Part shown: in pieces, positions 16,668 to 26,394 of the stretch | How the letters are laid out: every line of letters starts with the position of its first letter | Position numbering within the stretch: position 1 is the stretch's first letter | Sequence record: SRR20825010_3786 | Length of the DNA: 35,918 nt | Strand: one strand, 5' to 3' | Program-made: the position numbers and the translations under genes | The notes under the pieces: model-generated | Seen by the model: the letters and a program-made list of their open reading frames with translations, nothing else | The model's database searches: none | Told to the model about the DNA's origin: nothing

Positions 16668-16688
16668 AATATTTTAGTGCATTATTAC

Positions 16689-17192
16689 TTAAAGACTTTT
16701 CTCTTCAGTATTTAAAATCACAACGCCAGAAGCTTCAAAAGCCAATTCGTTTTTATCTTCTGTAATAGAGGCTATTTCTTCAACACTTTTGCCAGCATCT
16801 TCGGCATAATGCTTTAGTGTAGCCACATCGGTCATAGATCTTTTTACTTTACCTTCAATTACCGCTCTATTACCTTCCATTCCTTCCTTAGGAACGAAGA
16901 ACGCGTAATCTTTAAAAGTAACTCTCATCTCTTCACCAGAAGGAAGAACAAGATTCATCCAGCAACCTTTCATAGCACAAGTGGCGGTAATTTCGCCTTC
17001 CACTTTCACCATAATAGAATCACTTTTATCCAACTGATTCATCATCTCTTCTACAGAAACAATATTATCGTGGTTGATTTTTTCTCCGTAATAACCAACT
17101 ACGGTAGCCTCGTCCCACTTAGCTTGGTCTTTATTCCCAGAGCAAGCAAAAGCGAAAATGGCTATGAGCAATAGTGTGCTAACCTTTTTCAT
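16689..17192 (-). CDS. DUF4920-like lipoprotein
   Basis: Lipobox AFAC; CAMKGCWM, VTFKDYAFFVP, LKHYAEDAGK. Confidence 0.85.
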   Translation of the reverse strand: MKKVSTLLLIAIFAFACSGNKDQAKWDEATVVGYYGEKINHDNIVSVEEMMNQLDKSDSIMVKVEGEITATCAMKGCWMNLVLPSGEEMRVTFKDYAFFVPKEGMEGNRAVIEGKVKRSMTDVATLKHYAEDAGKSVEEIASITEDKNELAFEASGVVILNTEEKSL

Positions 17193-17209
17193 GTTATAAA
17201 TATTTGATA

Positions 17210-17217
17210 CAAAAATA
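17210..17217 (-). promoter_or_regulatory. -7 box TATTTTTG for the DUF4920 gene
   Basis: Exact TAnnTTTG match 17 nt before the ATG. Confidence 0.65.
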
Positions 17218-17244
17218 GCGACAGAATAATTAAAGACAAAGCAC

Positions 17245-17439
17245 CTAAGGCTTCGAGGGAACTAATAGCTCTCTAACATCTATGTCTAGGACATCTGCTA
17301 TCCTATACAGAATATGTATACTTGGCTGGGTCTTGTTATTCACGTAGTTAGTAGTTACTACATAACTCTTATCGATTTTATCGGATAGCCACGCCTGTGT
17401 ACGGCCTTGCTCCCGAAGAACGGCTTTTATTTTATTCAT
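17245..17439 (-). CDS. Small XRE/Cro-C1 helix-turn-helix protein
   Basis: 64 aa; NKIKAVL, TQAWL, NNKTQPS, IADVLDIDVRELL. Confidence 0.9.
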   Translation of the reverse strand: MNKIKAVLREQGRTQAWLSDKIDKSYVVTTNYVNNKTQPSIHILYRIADVLDIDVRELLVPSKP

Positions 17440-17927
17440 TTGATTGAGGTTTTTCAGAATTCAGAGAATTCCATACGCAATTTGCTAACTGTTAACGTTA
17501 ATTCCTCAATTCTTTTATAGAAATCTCGCATAAAATGAGAAGCAATAGTTTCAATGACAGGTGCAGAAAAAGTATTTTTCACCCCAACAATGGCGCTGAG
17601 CTATTATTTGACCTGTATTTGGCATCGCTGAAAATTTCCCCTCGTAAATGATCATCGGTGTAACTGACTCTGAGTTTGAGATTTAAAATATCAAAAACTA
17701 ATAGAATATAGCCAGCAGGAAGCTTGGTGAAAGTATTTTTTGGGAAGCAAATCAGTAAATATCCCCGTCCCTTTTTATTTTTCGTACTCATTAAATGGAG
17801 AATTTTCATTTGGTAGCTTACATTATACTAACTAGGTTCGTAAACCTCAAAACGAAGGCAAATAATGTCAAATTGGTATTACGGTAATTGATCGGAGGTT
17901 TGTTATTTTTGCTTTTCATTGATCATT

Positions 17928-20570
17928 ATGTCAAAAGGGATTCAGCTATTTATTGGTGTCGTTTTGATTTCTCTATTCACTTTAGAGATTCCAACCCGTG
18001 CTTTTCGACTATATGAAAAAGGAGACACGTATAAGGCCATAGAAGTACTTAATAAGTCTCTGGAGAAAGAGAGCTTAAACCCTGCGAGCAACTTTTTGTA
18101 TTCCATGATTTTCGTGGACAGCCTGTACAATGGCTATAGTATCGACTCGGCTTACCATTTTGTTAACAAAGCCATTTCTAATTTTACGCAGGTAAAGGAT
18201 GCTAAAGACCTAGAAAAGCTGAAAGAGGTTGGTGTAGATTCCGTGAACTTAGAGAAGCAGAAGGATAAAATTGACGGGTTAAAGTTTAAGGTGATCAAGG
18301 CAAAGCATACCATTGCGGACTACAATTGGTTTTTGAATAAACACAGTGATGCGGCCCAAGTCCCACAAGCCATTGAGTTGAGAAATCATATTGCCTATGA
18401 AAATGCTTTGGCACAGAACACATGGGAAGGCTATTTGGATTTTATGACTGAATACCCAAAATCGGAAGACTTTGAAAAGGCAATGCCGCGCTATGAAAAA
18501 CTACTTTTTGAAGAAAAGACGGCAGACGGTAAATTGGAGCGCCTGACAGATTTTTTGGAAGCGTATCCAGAAACCCCTTATCGAGAATCAGTCGAAAATG
18601 ACATCTATGAAATTGTTACGGCCTCCAATTCCATTAAAAGTTATACTGACTTTCTCAAAAAGTATCCGAATGAAAAATTAGCACAAAAAAGTATCCCTAG
18701 ACTCTATCATCTTTTTAAGGGGGAATACCCAAAGCAAGATTTCTTCAAGTATTTTAAGTTTCAAACAACTAAAGATTCAATTGAAAAAGTTGCGGCACTA
18801 GAAGCTGGCTATTGGCTCCCAAAAATTGAAGATGGCAAGATCAACTTCATTAATACCAAAGCTGATATAGTACTTAAAGCGGGTTTTAATAATGTTGAGA
18901 CTGATTGCCTTTGCATGCCTCAACTCACAGACTTTGTGGTTGGAGAAAAAGACGGAATACAACAAATTATGGCCCGCAACGGCACCGTGATTTATCAAGG
19001 TGATTTTGATGAGACCACCGATGTTGGCTTTGGTTACATCCAAATGGAAAGCGAATTAGGATTTACGCTTGTTCATAAATCCGGAGAGTTGATTATTGAC
19101 CAACCAATGTCATCCATCACCATACTAAACTCACACTTTATCAGAACAGAGCAGAACGGTTTTTATGGCTTAACCACCATCAATAAAAAGCCTATTCTCG
19201 ATCATGAGTTTATAGATATCGACACCATTGGAAACTTCATTTGGCTACAAAAGGAAGAAGGAATTGCTTTGGTCAAACCAGAGACACTGTTTCCAGCAAT
19301 AAATGGTGAAAAAGTGAACCTAGACTTTCAATATGAAGAGGTAGAGCTTCTAGATGATGGAGGTTTTTGGGTGCTTAAAAATGGGCAAGAGGCTATTTTA
19401 GATACCAATTTGAAAACTAAAATCCCATTCGGGACTTATAAAATTTATCCCAAAGCCTACGGTTGGCAGTTAAAGTCTACCAAAGGAATTCAGCTTTTAC
19501 ATAACAAGCACCCATCTTTAAAAGACCAATACTACGAAAAGGTGGTTGAGAATGATCGCTGGCTCGGGCTAAAGAAAGGTGGCAAATGGTCGTTGCTAGA
19601 TCAGGTTGGAGATTTTCAACCCATGTACAATTATGATTCTCTAGGCCTTTGGGGAGAGAACATGGTCATGCTGAAAAAAGAGACGAATACCACTGCCCTA
19701 TTCGCCAATGGAAAACAAATAGATGTTAAGAAAGGATGGGAACCCAAATTATTGATCCCACAGAATTATATCAGTACAGGAGCAAAAGCAGCATTTGACT
19801 TTTTAATGCTTACAGGCCCAAAGAAGGCAAGAAAAATATACAACAGTTTTGGAAGAGAAATTCTGAGCAGCACATTAGAAGATGCAGTGGCGCTTGGCCC
19901 TAATTTAATCCGTTTACAGAAAAACAACGCTGCCCTTACTGATAGCACTGGCAAATATGTATTGAACTTTATTTATGACGGAATAGGCTCCAACACAAAT
20001 GGTTATGTAAGTATTCTGGATAAAGGAAAAGTTGGAGTCATCAATGTTGCCAAGCAGATAAAAATACCACCTTCCTATGACAAACTTATCGAGCTTTATT
20101 CTGACACCGTTATGGTGGCCACTAAGGGCAAGTTAAAAGGCTTTATCTCATCCAAAAACCGTGAATTAAGTGCTTTTGATTATGACGAGATCAAATTCTT
20201 TACCGACACAGTGGCCTTGGCTAGAATTGAAAACGAATGGTTTTTACATGGCATCAAAGATGAATCCTTATGCTATGAGGGAATTTTAAATTTTGAAATA
20301 CTTAAGGACAATTCTCAAGAGAAAAAATTATTGATTACGACAGAAAAAGGAAAGGGAGTTTACAGCAATATCAAGGGTGAAATTATTGAAGCGACCTACG
20401 ATGAAATAAAAGTACTAGGCACAGTAGATGATCCTATTTACTTTGCCGTGAAGATTGTAAGAGAGGCCAACATTTACGTGGTAATCTACTTCGATAAGAA
20501 TGGTAACAAACTGTTCACACAATCCTTTAAACAGGATGAATATTTTAAAATAGCTTGCCCTAAAAATTGA
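17928..20570 (+). CDS. Large exported protein with helical YxxFLxxYP repeats and WG-repeat-like C-terminal region
   Basis: 880 aa; YLDFMTEYP, LTDFLEAYP, YTDFLKKYP; GKVGVIN..IPPSYD; -7 box TATTTTTG at 17904-17911. Confidence 0.8.
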   Translation: MSKGIQLFIGVVLISLFTLEIPTRAFRLYEKGDTYKAIEVLNKSLEKESLNPASNFLYSMIFVDSLYNGYSIDSAYHFVNKAISNFTQVKDAKDLEKLKEVGVDSVNLEKQKDKIDGLKFKVIKAKHTIADYNWFLNKHSDAAQVPQAIELRNHIAYENALAQNTWEGYLDFMTEYPKSEDFEKAMPRYEKLLFEEKTADGKLERLTDFLEAYPETPYRESVENDIYEIVTASNSIKSYTDFLKKYPNEKLAQKSIPRLYHLFKGEYPKQDFFKYFKFQTTKDSIEKVAALEAGYWLPKIEDGKINFINTKADIVLKAGFNNVETDCLCMPQLTDFVVGEKDGIQQIMARNGTVIYQGDFDETTDVGFGYIQMESELGFTLVHKSGELIIDQPMSSITILNSHFIRTEQNGFYGLTTINKKPILDHEFIDIDTIGNFIWLQKEEGIALVKPETLFPAINGEKVNLDFQYEEVELLDDGGFWVLKNGQEAILDTNLKTKIPFGTYKIYPKAYGWQLKSTKGIQLLHNKHPSLKDQYYEKVVENDRWLGLKKGGKWSLLDQVGDFQPMYNYDSLGLWGENMVMLKKETNTTALFANGKQIDVKKGWEPKLLIPQNYISTGAKAAFDFLMLTGPKKARKIYNSFGREILSSTLEDAVALGPNLIRLQKNNAALTDSTGKYVLNFIYDGIGSNTNGYVSILDKGKVGVINVAKQIKIPPSYDKLIELYSDTVMVATKGKLKGFISSKNRELSAFDYDEIKFFTDTVALARIENEWFLHGIKDESLCYEGILNFEILKDNSQEKKLLITTEKGKGVYSNIKGEIIEATYDEIKVLGTVDDPIYFAVKIVREANIYVVIYFDKNGNKLFTQSFKQDEYFKIACPKN

Positions 20571-20581
20571 AATTCAAGAAA

Positions 20582-22213
20582 ATGAAGAAGTCTTCTTATT
20601 TTATTCTGGCGCTCGCACTACTGTTGAATGTGCAGTTAAAGGCGCAAAACGTAACCGAAAAACCCAAGCTCGTTGTCGGCATTGTTGTCGATCAAATGAA
20701 GCAAGAGTATTTAACCCGATTCTACGGGAATTTTGGCGAAGGTGGGTTTAAAAAATTTGTAGAAGAGGGATTTATGGCCAGAAATGGGCACTACAATTAT
20801 TCTGCTACGAGCACTGGGCCTGGTCACGCTTCCGTTTATACGGGCACAACTCCAGCGGTACACGGCATTGTAAACAACAGTTGGTACAGCAGAAGTTTAG
20901 GTAGAAGTGTTTACTGTGCAGAAGACACCACCGAATTGGCGGTCGGAGGCACAGACAAAAACGGACATATCTCTCCAATAAATTTATATTCAACCACCAT
21001 CACTGATGAATTGAAACTTTCTACCCAGAAAAAAGGAAAAGTGATAGCAATGTCTATTAAAGATAGAGGGTCTGCTTTGCCTGGCGGTCATTTATCAGAC
21101 GGTTCTTATTGGTATGATTCAAATACTGGAACCTTCATGACTTCTACTTATTACATGAATGATTTACCCAATTGGGTGAAGTCTTTTAATGCAGACAATC
21201 ATGTTGACAAGTATTTGAACATGACCTGGGATACTTTTTTACCAATTGAAAAGTACACTGTTAGTGGTCCAGATGATTCTAAATATGAGTCGGGTTTCAA
21301 GGGAAAAGATACTCCTACATTTCCTTATAACTTAAAAGAACTAAGAAAAGACAACGGTAATTTCTCTCTAATTTCTAGTACTCCATTCGGGAATAGTTTG
21401 TTGACCGAATTAGCACTTGCAGCTTTGGACGCTGAAAACTTGGGACAAGACAATACACCTGACTTCTTGGCGGTGAGTTACTCTAGCACAGATTATATTG
21501 GCCATAATTTCGGCCCTCAATCGAAAGAAGTACAAGATACATACATCAGATTGGATCGTGAACTTGCCAAACTATTTGATGCCCTCGATAAAAAAGTAGG
21601 TAAGGGCAACTATACAGTTTTCTTAACTGCCGACCATGCTGTTGCTGAAAATTCAATCCGAATGAAAGATGATGGATTTAAGATCGACAACTTCAGTAAT
21701 GGAAATGCTAGAAAAGCTGTTACAGCGGCCTTGAACACAACGTATGGAGAGAAAGCTTGGATTGAATCTTTTTCGAGCAACATTCATTTGAATCATGAAT
21801 TGATCGAAGCTGAGGGAGTAGATCTTTATGAAATGCAAAACTTTGTTGCAGATAAAATGATGGAGCAAAGTGGTATTTATATCGCTTTAACTGCGCACGA
21901 TTTGGTGACCAACAATTACACTAAAGACATCAAGAATTTATTACAGAACGCTTATCACACAAAGGAATCTGGTGATGTATTGGTTGTAATGGATCCAGGA
22001 TGGCAAACTGGAGGAAGTAAAGGCACAGGGCATGGTAATTCATGGACTTATGACACCCACGTACCAATTTTGTTTTATGGTTGGGGGGTAAAAAAAGGAA
22101 ATTCTGTGCGTGAAATTCATATTACAGATATTGCTCCTTCGGTGAGTATGTTATTGAATATGAGACTTCCGAATGGCGCCACAGGAACACCAATTTCTGA
22201 AATATTCAAGTAA
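20582..22213 (+). CDS. pafA: PafA-type alkaline phosphatase
   Basis: PKLVVGIVVDQM, Thr nucleophile motif TSTGPGHAS, SIKDR, DYIGH, TADH, TGHG, YDTHVP. Confidence 0.93.
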   Translation: MKKSSYFILALALLLNVQLKAQNVTEKPKLVVGIVVDQMKQEYLTRFYGNFGEGGFKKFVEEGFMARNGHYNYSATSTGPGHASVYTGTTPAVHGIVNNSWYSRSLGRSVYCAEDTTELAVGGTDKNGHISPINLYSTTITDELKLSTQKKGKVIAMSIKDRGSALPGGHLSDGSYWYDSNTGTFMTSTYYMNDLPNWVKSFNADNHVDKYLNMTWDTFLPIEKYTVSGPDDSKYESGFKGKDTPTFPYNLKELRKDNGNFSLISSTPFGNSLLTELALAALDAENLGQDNTPDFLAVSYSSTDYIGHNFGPQSKEVQDTYIRLDRELAKLFDALDKKVGKGNYTVFLTADHAVAENSIRMKDDGFKIDNFSNGNARKAVTAALNTTYGEKAWIESFSSNIHLNHELIEAEGVDLYEMQNFVADKMMEQSGIYIALTAHDLVTNNYTKDIKNLLQNAYHTKESGDVLVVMDPGWQTGGSKGTGHGNSWTYDTHVPILFYGWGVKKGNSVREIHITDIAPSVSMLLNMRLPNGATGTPISEIFK

Positions 22214-22234
22214 GAAGAACAAAGATTAAATTTG

Positions 22235-22273
22235 AAAATACCCTTGGAGAGATTTACTCTTTAAGGGTATTTT
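22235..22273 (+). terminator. Intrinsic terminator of pafA
   Basis: AAAATACCCTTGGAGAG-ATTTA-CTCTTTAAGGGTATTTT with G-U pairs on the plus strand. Confidence 0.8.
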
Positions 22274-22353
22274 ATTTTAAAGGCATCCTGGTTACATCCC
22301 CTCTTTATCATCGAATCAGGTGCGAGTTATAATAGTGCACTACCCTATCTCTC

Positions 22354-23250
22354 TTAATTTATTTTTGAAATAGCTTTCTTTTTATTGGTAATATATACGC
22401 CAACAAAAATAGCCAGCATTCCTATTACTTGTCCTAAGCCTAGGTCTTCTCCATCCCAAAAGCCCCAAATCAAAGCCACAATTGGGATAAGGTATGTCAC
22501 GGTACTCGTGAACAATGGATTAGTAATTTGCACCAACTTATTAAAAAGAATTAGTGCGATAGCCGTGCCCATAACGCCTAAAAGAGAAATGTATCCAAAA
22601 GCTTCCAAAGCCCCCTCTTCCGTAGCAAGAGTAACAGAAAAGTCTGTAAAAGTAAGTAGGTAAATACCTGCCAATGGCCCCATAAAGAGCAGACTTACCG
22701 ATGTAATCACGAGCGGCTTTAAATCAGCCAAATAATACTTTATTACATTCAGGTTAATGCCATAACAGATGGTAGCCAAAACGATAAATAGTGCATAAAA
22801 ATTAATTCCTCGAAGCCCTCCAACACTGCCAGCTGCTAGCAGAACCACCGTGCCCACAAAGGCAGTGACTAACCCAAATGTCTTCCTTTTTGTAATTTCT
22901 TGCTTGAAGAAAAGTACGCCCATGATCAGTACAAAAATCGGGGTTAGTGCATTGAGCACACCCGTAACTCCACTTGGTAATTGAGTTTGGCCAATGGCAA
23001 AAAGAAAGGCAGGTAAAAAGCTTCCAACCAAGCCAATAATGAAGAGTAGCTTCAAATGCTTGAAGGATAGCTTACCCACTTTAGGGATAGAGATTGGGAT
23101 TAGAAATAGGCAGGCCATAAGAATGCGCAAAGCACCAACTTCGCCCGCATTAAAAACGGCAAGGCCTCTTTTAATTAAAATAAAGGAACTTCCCCAAATC
23201 AGGGCAAGAAGGATGAGTAGCGTCCACGCTAAAACGTTCGTATTTTTCAT
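22354..23250 (-). CDS. DMT/EamA-family transporter
   Basis: About 10 TM; LALIWGSSFILIK, TVTYLIPIVA; ATGA overlap with dusB. Confidence 0.92.
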   Translation of the reverse strand: MKNTNVLAWTLLILLALIWGSSFILIKRGLAVFNAGEVGALRILMACLFLIPISIPKVGKLSFKHLKLLFIIGLVGSFLPAFLFAIGQTQLPSGVTGVLNALTPIFVLIMGVLFFKQEITKRKTFGLVTAFVGTVVLLAAGSVGGLRGINFYALFIVLATICYGINLNVIKYYLADLKPLVITSVSLLFMGPLAGIYLLTFTDFSVTLATEEGALEAFGYISLLGVMGTAIALILFNKLVQITNPLFTSTVTYLIPIVALIWGFWDGEDLGLGQVIGMLAIFVGVYITNKKKAISKIN

Positions 23251-24251
23251 TCAACCAAAGCATAAGCATCTTCGAACACGGTAGAAATCTCATCCAGAAT
23301 ATTGAACAACTCTTCAGGATTTTCAGATTCAACCAAGCGTGCTCTGTACGGCTTGAAGTTAGGGATTCCCCTGAAATAATTGGTGTAATGTCTTCGCATT
23401 TCAAAGATGCCTTGAAGCTCATTTTTCCATTCCAGAGAAAATTGTAAGTGCTTTTTGGCAGTGGCTACTCTTGTTTTCATATCTGGTGCCGCTAAATGCT
23501 CCCCCGTTTTCATGAAATGCTTGATTTCGTTGAAAATCCAAGGATACCCAATGGCTGCACGGCCAATCATGATGCCATCAAGCTCATAGCGATTCCTATA
23601 GTCCAAGGCTTTTTCGGGAGAATCAATATCTCCATTCCCGAAGATCGGAATATGAATATCTGGGTGATGTTTAACCTCAGCAATTTTCGTCCAATCTGCC
23701 TCGCCCTTGTACATCTGCGCACGGGTTCTGCCATGAATGGTCAGTGCTTGAATGCCTACATCTTGCAATCTTTTGGCAACTTCCAGAATTCTAATGGTTG
23801 AATCATCCCAACCCAAACGGGTCTTTACAGTCACTGGTAAGCTCACTTGCTTCACTATTTCCGAAGTCATTTCCTGCATTTTAGGGATGTCCAGCAAAAT
23901 GCCAGCACCAGCCCCTTTGCAAGCTACCTTCTTTACTGGGCAACCATAATTGATATCGATAATTTCAGGCTGAGCTGCTTCCGCAATTGAAGCCGCCTCT
24001 CGCATCGACTCAATTTTATCACCAAATATCTGAATACCAATGGGTCGTTCATAATCGTAGATATCGAGTTTTTGTACACTTTTTTCCGCATTCCGAATTA
24101 AACCTTCAGAAGAAATAAATTCTGTATACATCAGGTCTGCCCCGTTTTCTTTGCATACAGCCCTGAATGGGGGATCACTTACATCCTCCATCGGTGCCAA
24201 TAGCAACGGAAAATCACCTAATTCTATGTTCCCAATTTTAACCATGCCCAT
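23247..24251 (-). CDS. dusB: tRNA-dihydrouridine synthase B
   Basis: LAPMEDV, DINYGCP, TVKTRLGW, IHGRT, GNGDI, MIGRAAIGYPW; alternative start 24245. Confidence 0.95.
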   Translation of the reverse strand: MGMVKIGNIELGDFPLLLAPMEDVSDPPFRAVCKENGADLMYTEFISSEGLIRNAEKSVQKLDIYDYERPIGIQIFGDKIESMREAASIAEAAQPEIIDINYGCPVKKVACKGAGAGILLDIPKMQEMTSEIVKQVSLPVTVKTRLGWDDSTIRILEVAKRLQDVGIQALTIHGRTRAQMYKGEADWTKIAEVKHHPDIHIPIFGNGDIDSPEKALDYRNRYELDGIMIGRAAIGYPWIFNEIKHFMKTGEHLAAPDMKTRVATAKKHLQFSLEWKNELQGIFEMRRHYTNYFRGIPNFKPYRARLVESENPEELFNILDEISTVFEDAYALVE

Positions 24252-24263
24252 TTCGAAAAATCG

Positions 24264-24275
24264 CGTAAATTTACG
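24264..24275. promoter_or_regulatory. Palindromic candidate bidirectional -7 element
   Basis: CGTAAATTTACG in the 29-bp gap between the divergent dusB and CPBP genes; reads TAAATTTA on both strands. Confidence 0.55.
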
Positions 24276-24280
24276 TCATT

Positions 24281-25291
24281 ATGGCGAGAATCGACAATGG
24301 GATTAATATTTCCTTGAGAGGGGAAAGAGTAGACGTAATTAAAGAACTCGAAGACGGTGAAATAACTACCGTAACTACCTACAACGAGAACCCCCGGAAG
24401 ACTTTTTGGGTAGTATTTGGACTTTTATTTGCGGGTTTTTTTATTGGCCAATTTGCAGCCACAATTGCTATACTAATTTTTGTAGTGGCCAATGGTGGAG
24501 GAATGGATGTTCTTGCAGACCCTGTTGCCATGTTCGAGCTAATAGGCCAATCACAGCTCTTAATTTCTCAATCGCTTTATACCGTTGTGTTTACTTTTTT
24601 GGTGCCTTGGTTTTACATGAAAAACCTAGCGCGAAAGCCCATGGATGTTGTTTTTGGCGAATCCAAGACGGAGTCTTTCCCTTTGGCTTTAGCTGTTTTT
24701 GTCACCATCGCTTTTGTGTTTGTTAATGGTTTTATCATTGAATGGAATGAAAACATACAGCTTCCAGAATTTATGGCAGGCTTTGAAAGGCTCGCTCGCC
24801 AAATGGAAGACTCCATGAAGGAAACCACCGAGATGTTTACTACCTTCGATAGCTTCGGCACATTTTTATTGGCTTTCATTGTAGTCGCTATTCTCCCTGG
24901 AATTGGCGAGGAACTTCTTTTCAGAGGATTATTGCAAAACTCATTGCATCGATGGTCAAAAAATGCACACATCGCCATTTGGGTTTCAGCATTCATCTTT
25001 TCAGCCATCCACATGCAATTCTATGGTCTTTTCCCACGCATGGTGCTCGGGGCGTTATTTGGCTATTTATATGTATGGTCTGGTAATCTTTGGTATCCTA
25101 TTATTGCCCATATCACCAATAATGGTTTTGCCCTTATTATAGCTTATATGTATCAAGCTGAAGTAACTGAAATCAATCCTGATGAACCCGATTCAGTGCC
25201 CGGCTATGCCGGAATAGTTGCGCTGATCGTAGTTTCCTTTTTGCTGTTCGTATTCAGAAATCACTACCTTAAACCAAAATCAATAAGATGA
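24281..25291 (+). CDS. CPBP-family intramembrane glutamic endopeptidase
   Basis: Canonical GEELLFRG, FSAIH, AHITNN. Confidence 0.92.
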   Translation: MARIDNGINISLRGERVDVIKELEDGEITTVTTYNENPRKTFWVVFGLLFAGFFIGQFAATIAILIFVVANGGGMDVLADPVAMFELIGQSQLLISQSLYTVVFTFLVPWFYMKNLARKPMDVVFGESKTESFPLALAVFVTIAFVFVNGFIIEWNENIQLPEFMAGFERLARQMEDSMKETTEMFTTFDSFGTFLLAFIVVAILPGIGEELLFRGLLQNSLHRWSKNAHIAIWVSAFIFSAIHMQFYGLFPRMVLGALFGYLYVWSGNLWYPIIAHITNNGFALIIAYMYQAEVTEINPDEPDSVPGYAGIVALIVVSFLLFVFRNHYLKPKSIR

Positions 25292-25491
25292 GCAATTGGA
25301 ACTCTGTTTTTAAAACTAGCATGCAGCACCAAGCCGAGATTGTAAAGGATGTTTTGTTAGATAATAATATTGAAGCCGTGCTGCTCAATCAAAAAGACTC
25401 TTCATATCATTTCGGAAGTATGGAAGTAAAAGTAGAACAATCTAATGTGATTAAAGCGCTAAAGATTATTGGGGACTTGGACTTTAGCTAA
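25288..25491 (+). CDS. DUF2007-like putative signal-transducing protein
   Basis: 67 aa; AEIVKDVLLDNNIEAVLLN, DSSY.FG; ATGA overlap. Confidence 0.8.
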   Translation: MSNWNSVFKTSMQHQAEIVKDVLLDNNIEAVLLNQKDSSYHFGSMEVKVEQSNVIKALKIIGDLDFS

Positions 25492-25493
25492 TT

Positions 25494-26306
25494 ATGAGCA
25501 ATCTCTTATTAAGAATTATCACTGGTGTTGTTGGAGTTTCTTTGATTATAGCGGGTATAGTATTTAGTTCATGGACTTTCGCATTGATTTTTTTAGGCAT
25601 CATGATTCTCACCCTCCGAGAATTCTATGGTCTTATAGTAGCTTCGGGCAATACCCCATTTAAAATATGGGGGTCGTTTTTTAGTGTTTGCCTCTTTATT
25701 TTGGTACACCTTACTTCGACAGGAATTATTGACACCAAGTACCTTTGGGTATTACCTTCTTTATTGGTCATCTGTTTTATGTTTGCCCTCTACAAGCAAA
25801 AAACACATCACCCAATAATCTCTTTAGGCCTTACTCTATTTGGTGTTATATATATAGCTTTTCCTTTGAGCATGGCGAATTTGATTGTGTTCAAAAACGA
25901 ATCCTATCAATACGCCTTAATCATTGGGGTACTTATAGCCCAATGGGCAAATGACTCTGGCGCCTACTTTGTAGGCAAGAGTATGGGCAGAACAAAATTA
26001 TTTGAAAGTGTTTCTCCTAACAAAACATGGGAAGGTACCATTGGCGGTGCGCTCATTTCCTTAGGCGTTATATATATCTGGAGTTTATATTTTACCGATC
26101 TTACCACAATTGAGTGGCTGGGGCTTTCAATAATTGTTAGTGTTTTTGGCAGTTATGGTGATTTAATTGAGTCGTTATTTAAGCGACATTTAGCCATTAA
26201 AGATTCTGGGAGCGTACTTCCAGGGCATGGCGGCTTTCTCGATAGATTTGATGGACTATTGTTCGCACTTCCGTTCGTTACGCTATACTTGATGGTCATC
26301 ACATAA
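25494..26306 (+). CDS. cdsA: Phosphatidate cytidylyltransferase
   Basis: WANDSGAYFVG, SPNKTWEG, GDLIESLFKR, KDSG..PGHGGFLDRFD. Confidence 0.96.
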   Translation: MSNLLLRIITGVVGVSLIIAGIVFSSWTFALIFLGIMILTLREFYGLIVASGNTPFKIWGSFFSVCLFILVHLTSTGIIDTKYLWVLPSLLVICFMFALYKQKTHHPIISLGLTLFGVIYIAFPLSMANLIVFKNESYQYALIIGVLIAQWANDSGAYFVGKSMGRTKLFESVSPNKTWEGTIGGALISLGVIYIWSLYFTDLTTIEWLGLSIIVSVFGSYGDLIESLFKRHLAIKDSGSVLPGHGGFLDRFDGLLFALPFVTLYLMVIT

Positions 26307-26355
26307 TATCTTAAATAAGCATCAAGTATTAGGGCGTATTACCTTAAAATTTCAT

Positions 26356-26363
26356 TAATTTTG
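26356..26363 (+). promoter_or_regulatory. Internal -7 box TAATTTTG for gdh-psd
   Basis: Exact TAnnTTTG match 31 nt before the gdh ATG. Confidence 0.6.
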
Positions 26364-26394
26364 CCCAAGTTTTTAAACAAAGATAGATTTCTCT

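Noticed and set aside
17440-17918. Retron ncRNA, att site or IS end near the XRE gene
   Set aside because: No reverse transcriptase, integrase or transposase in the window; no convincing flanking direct or terminal inverted repeats
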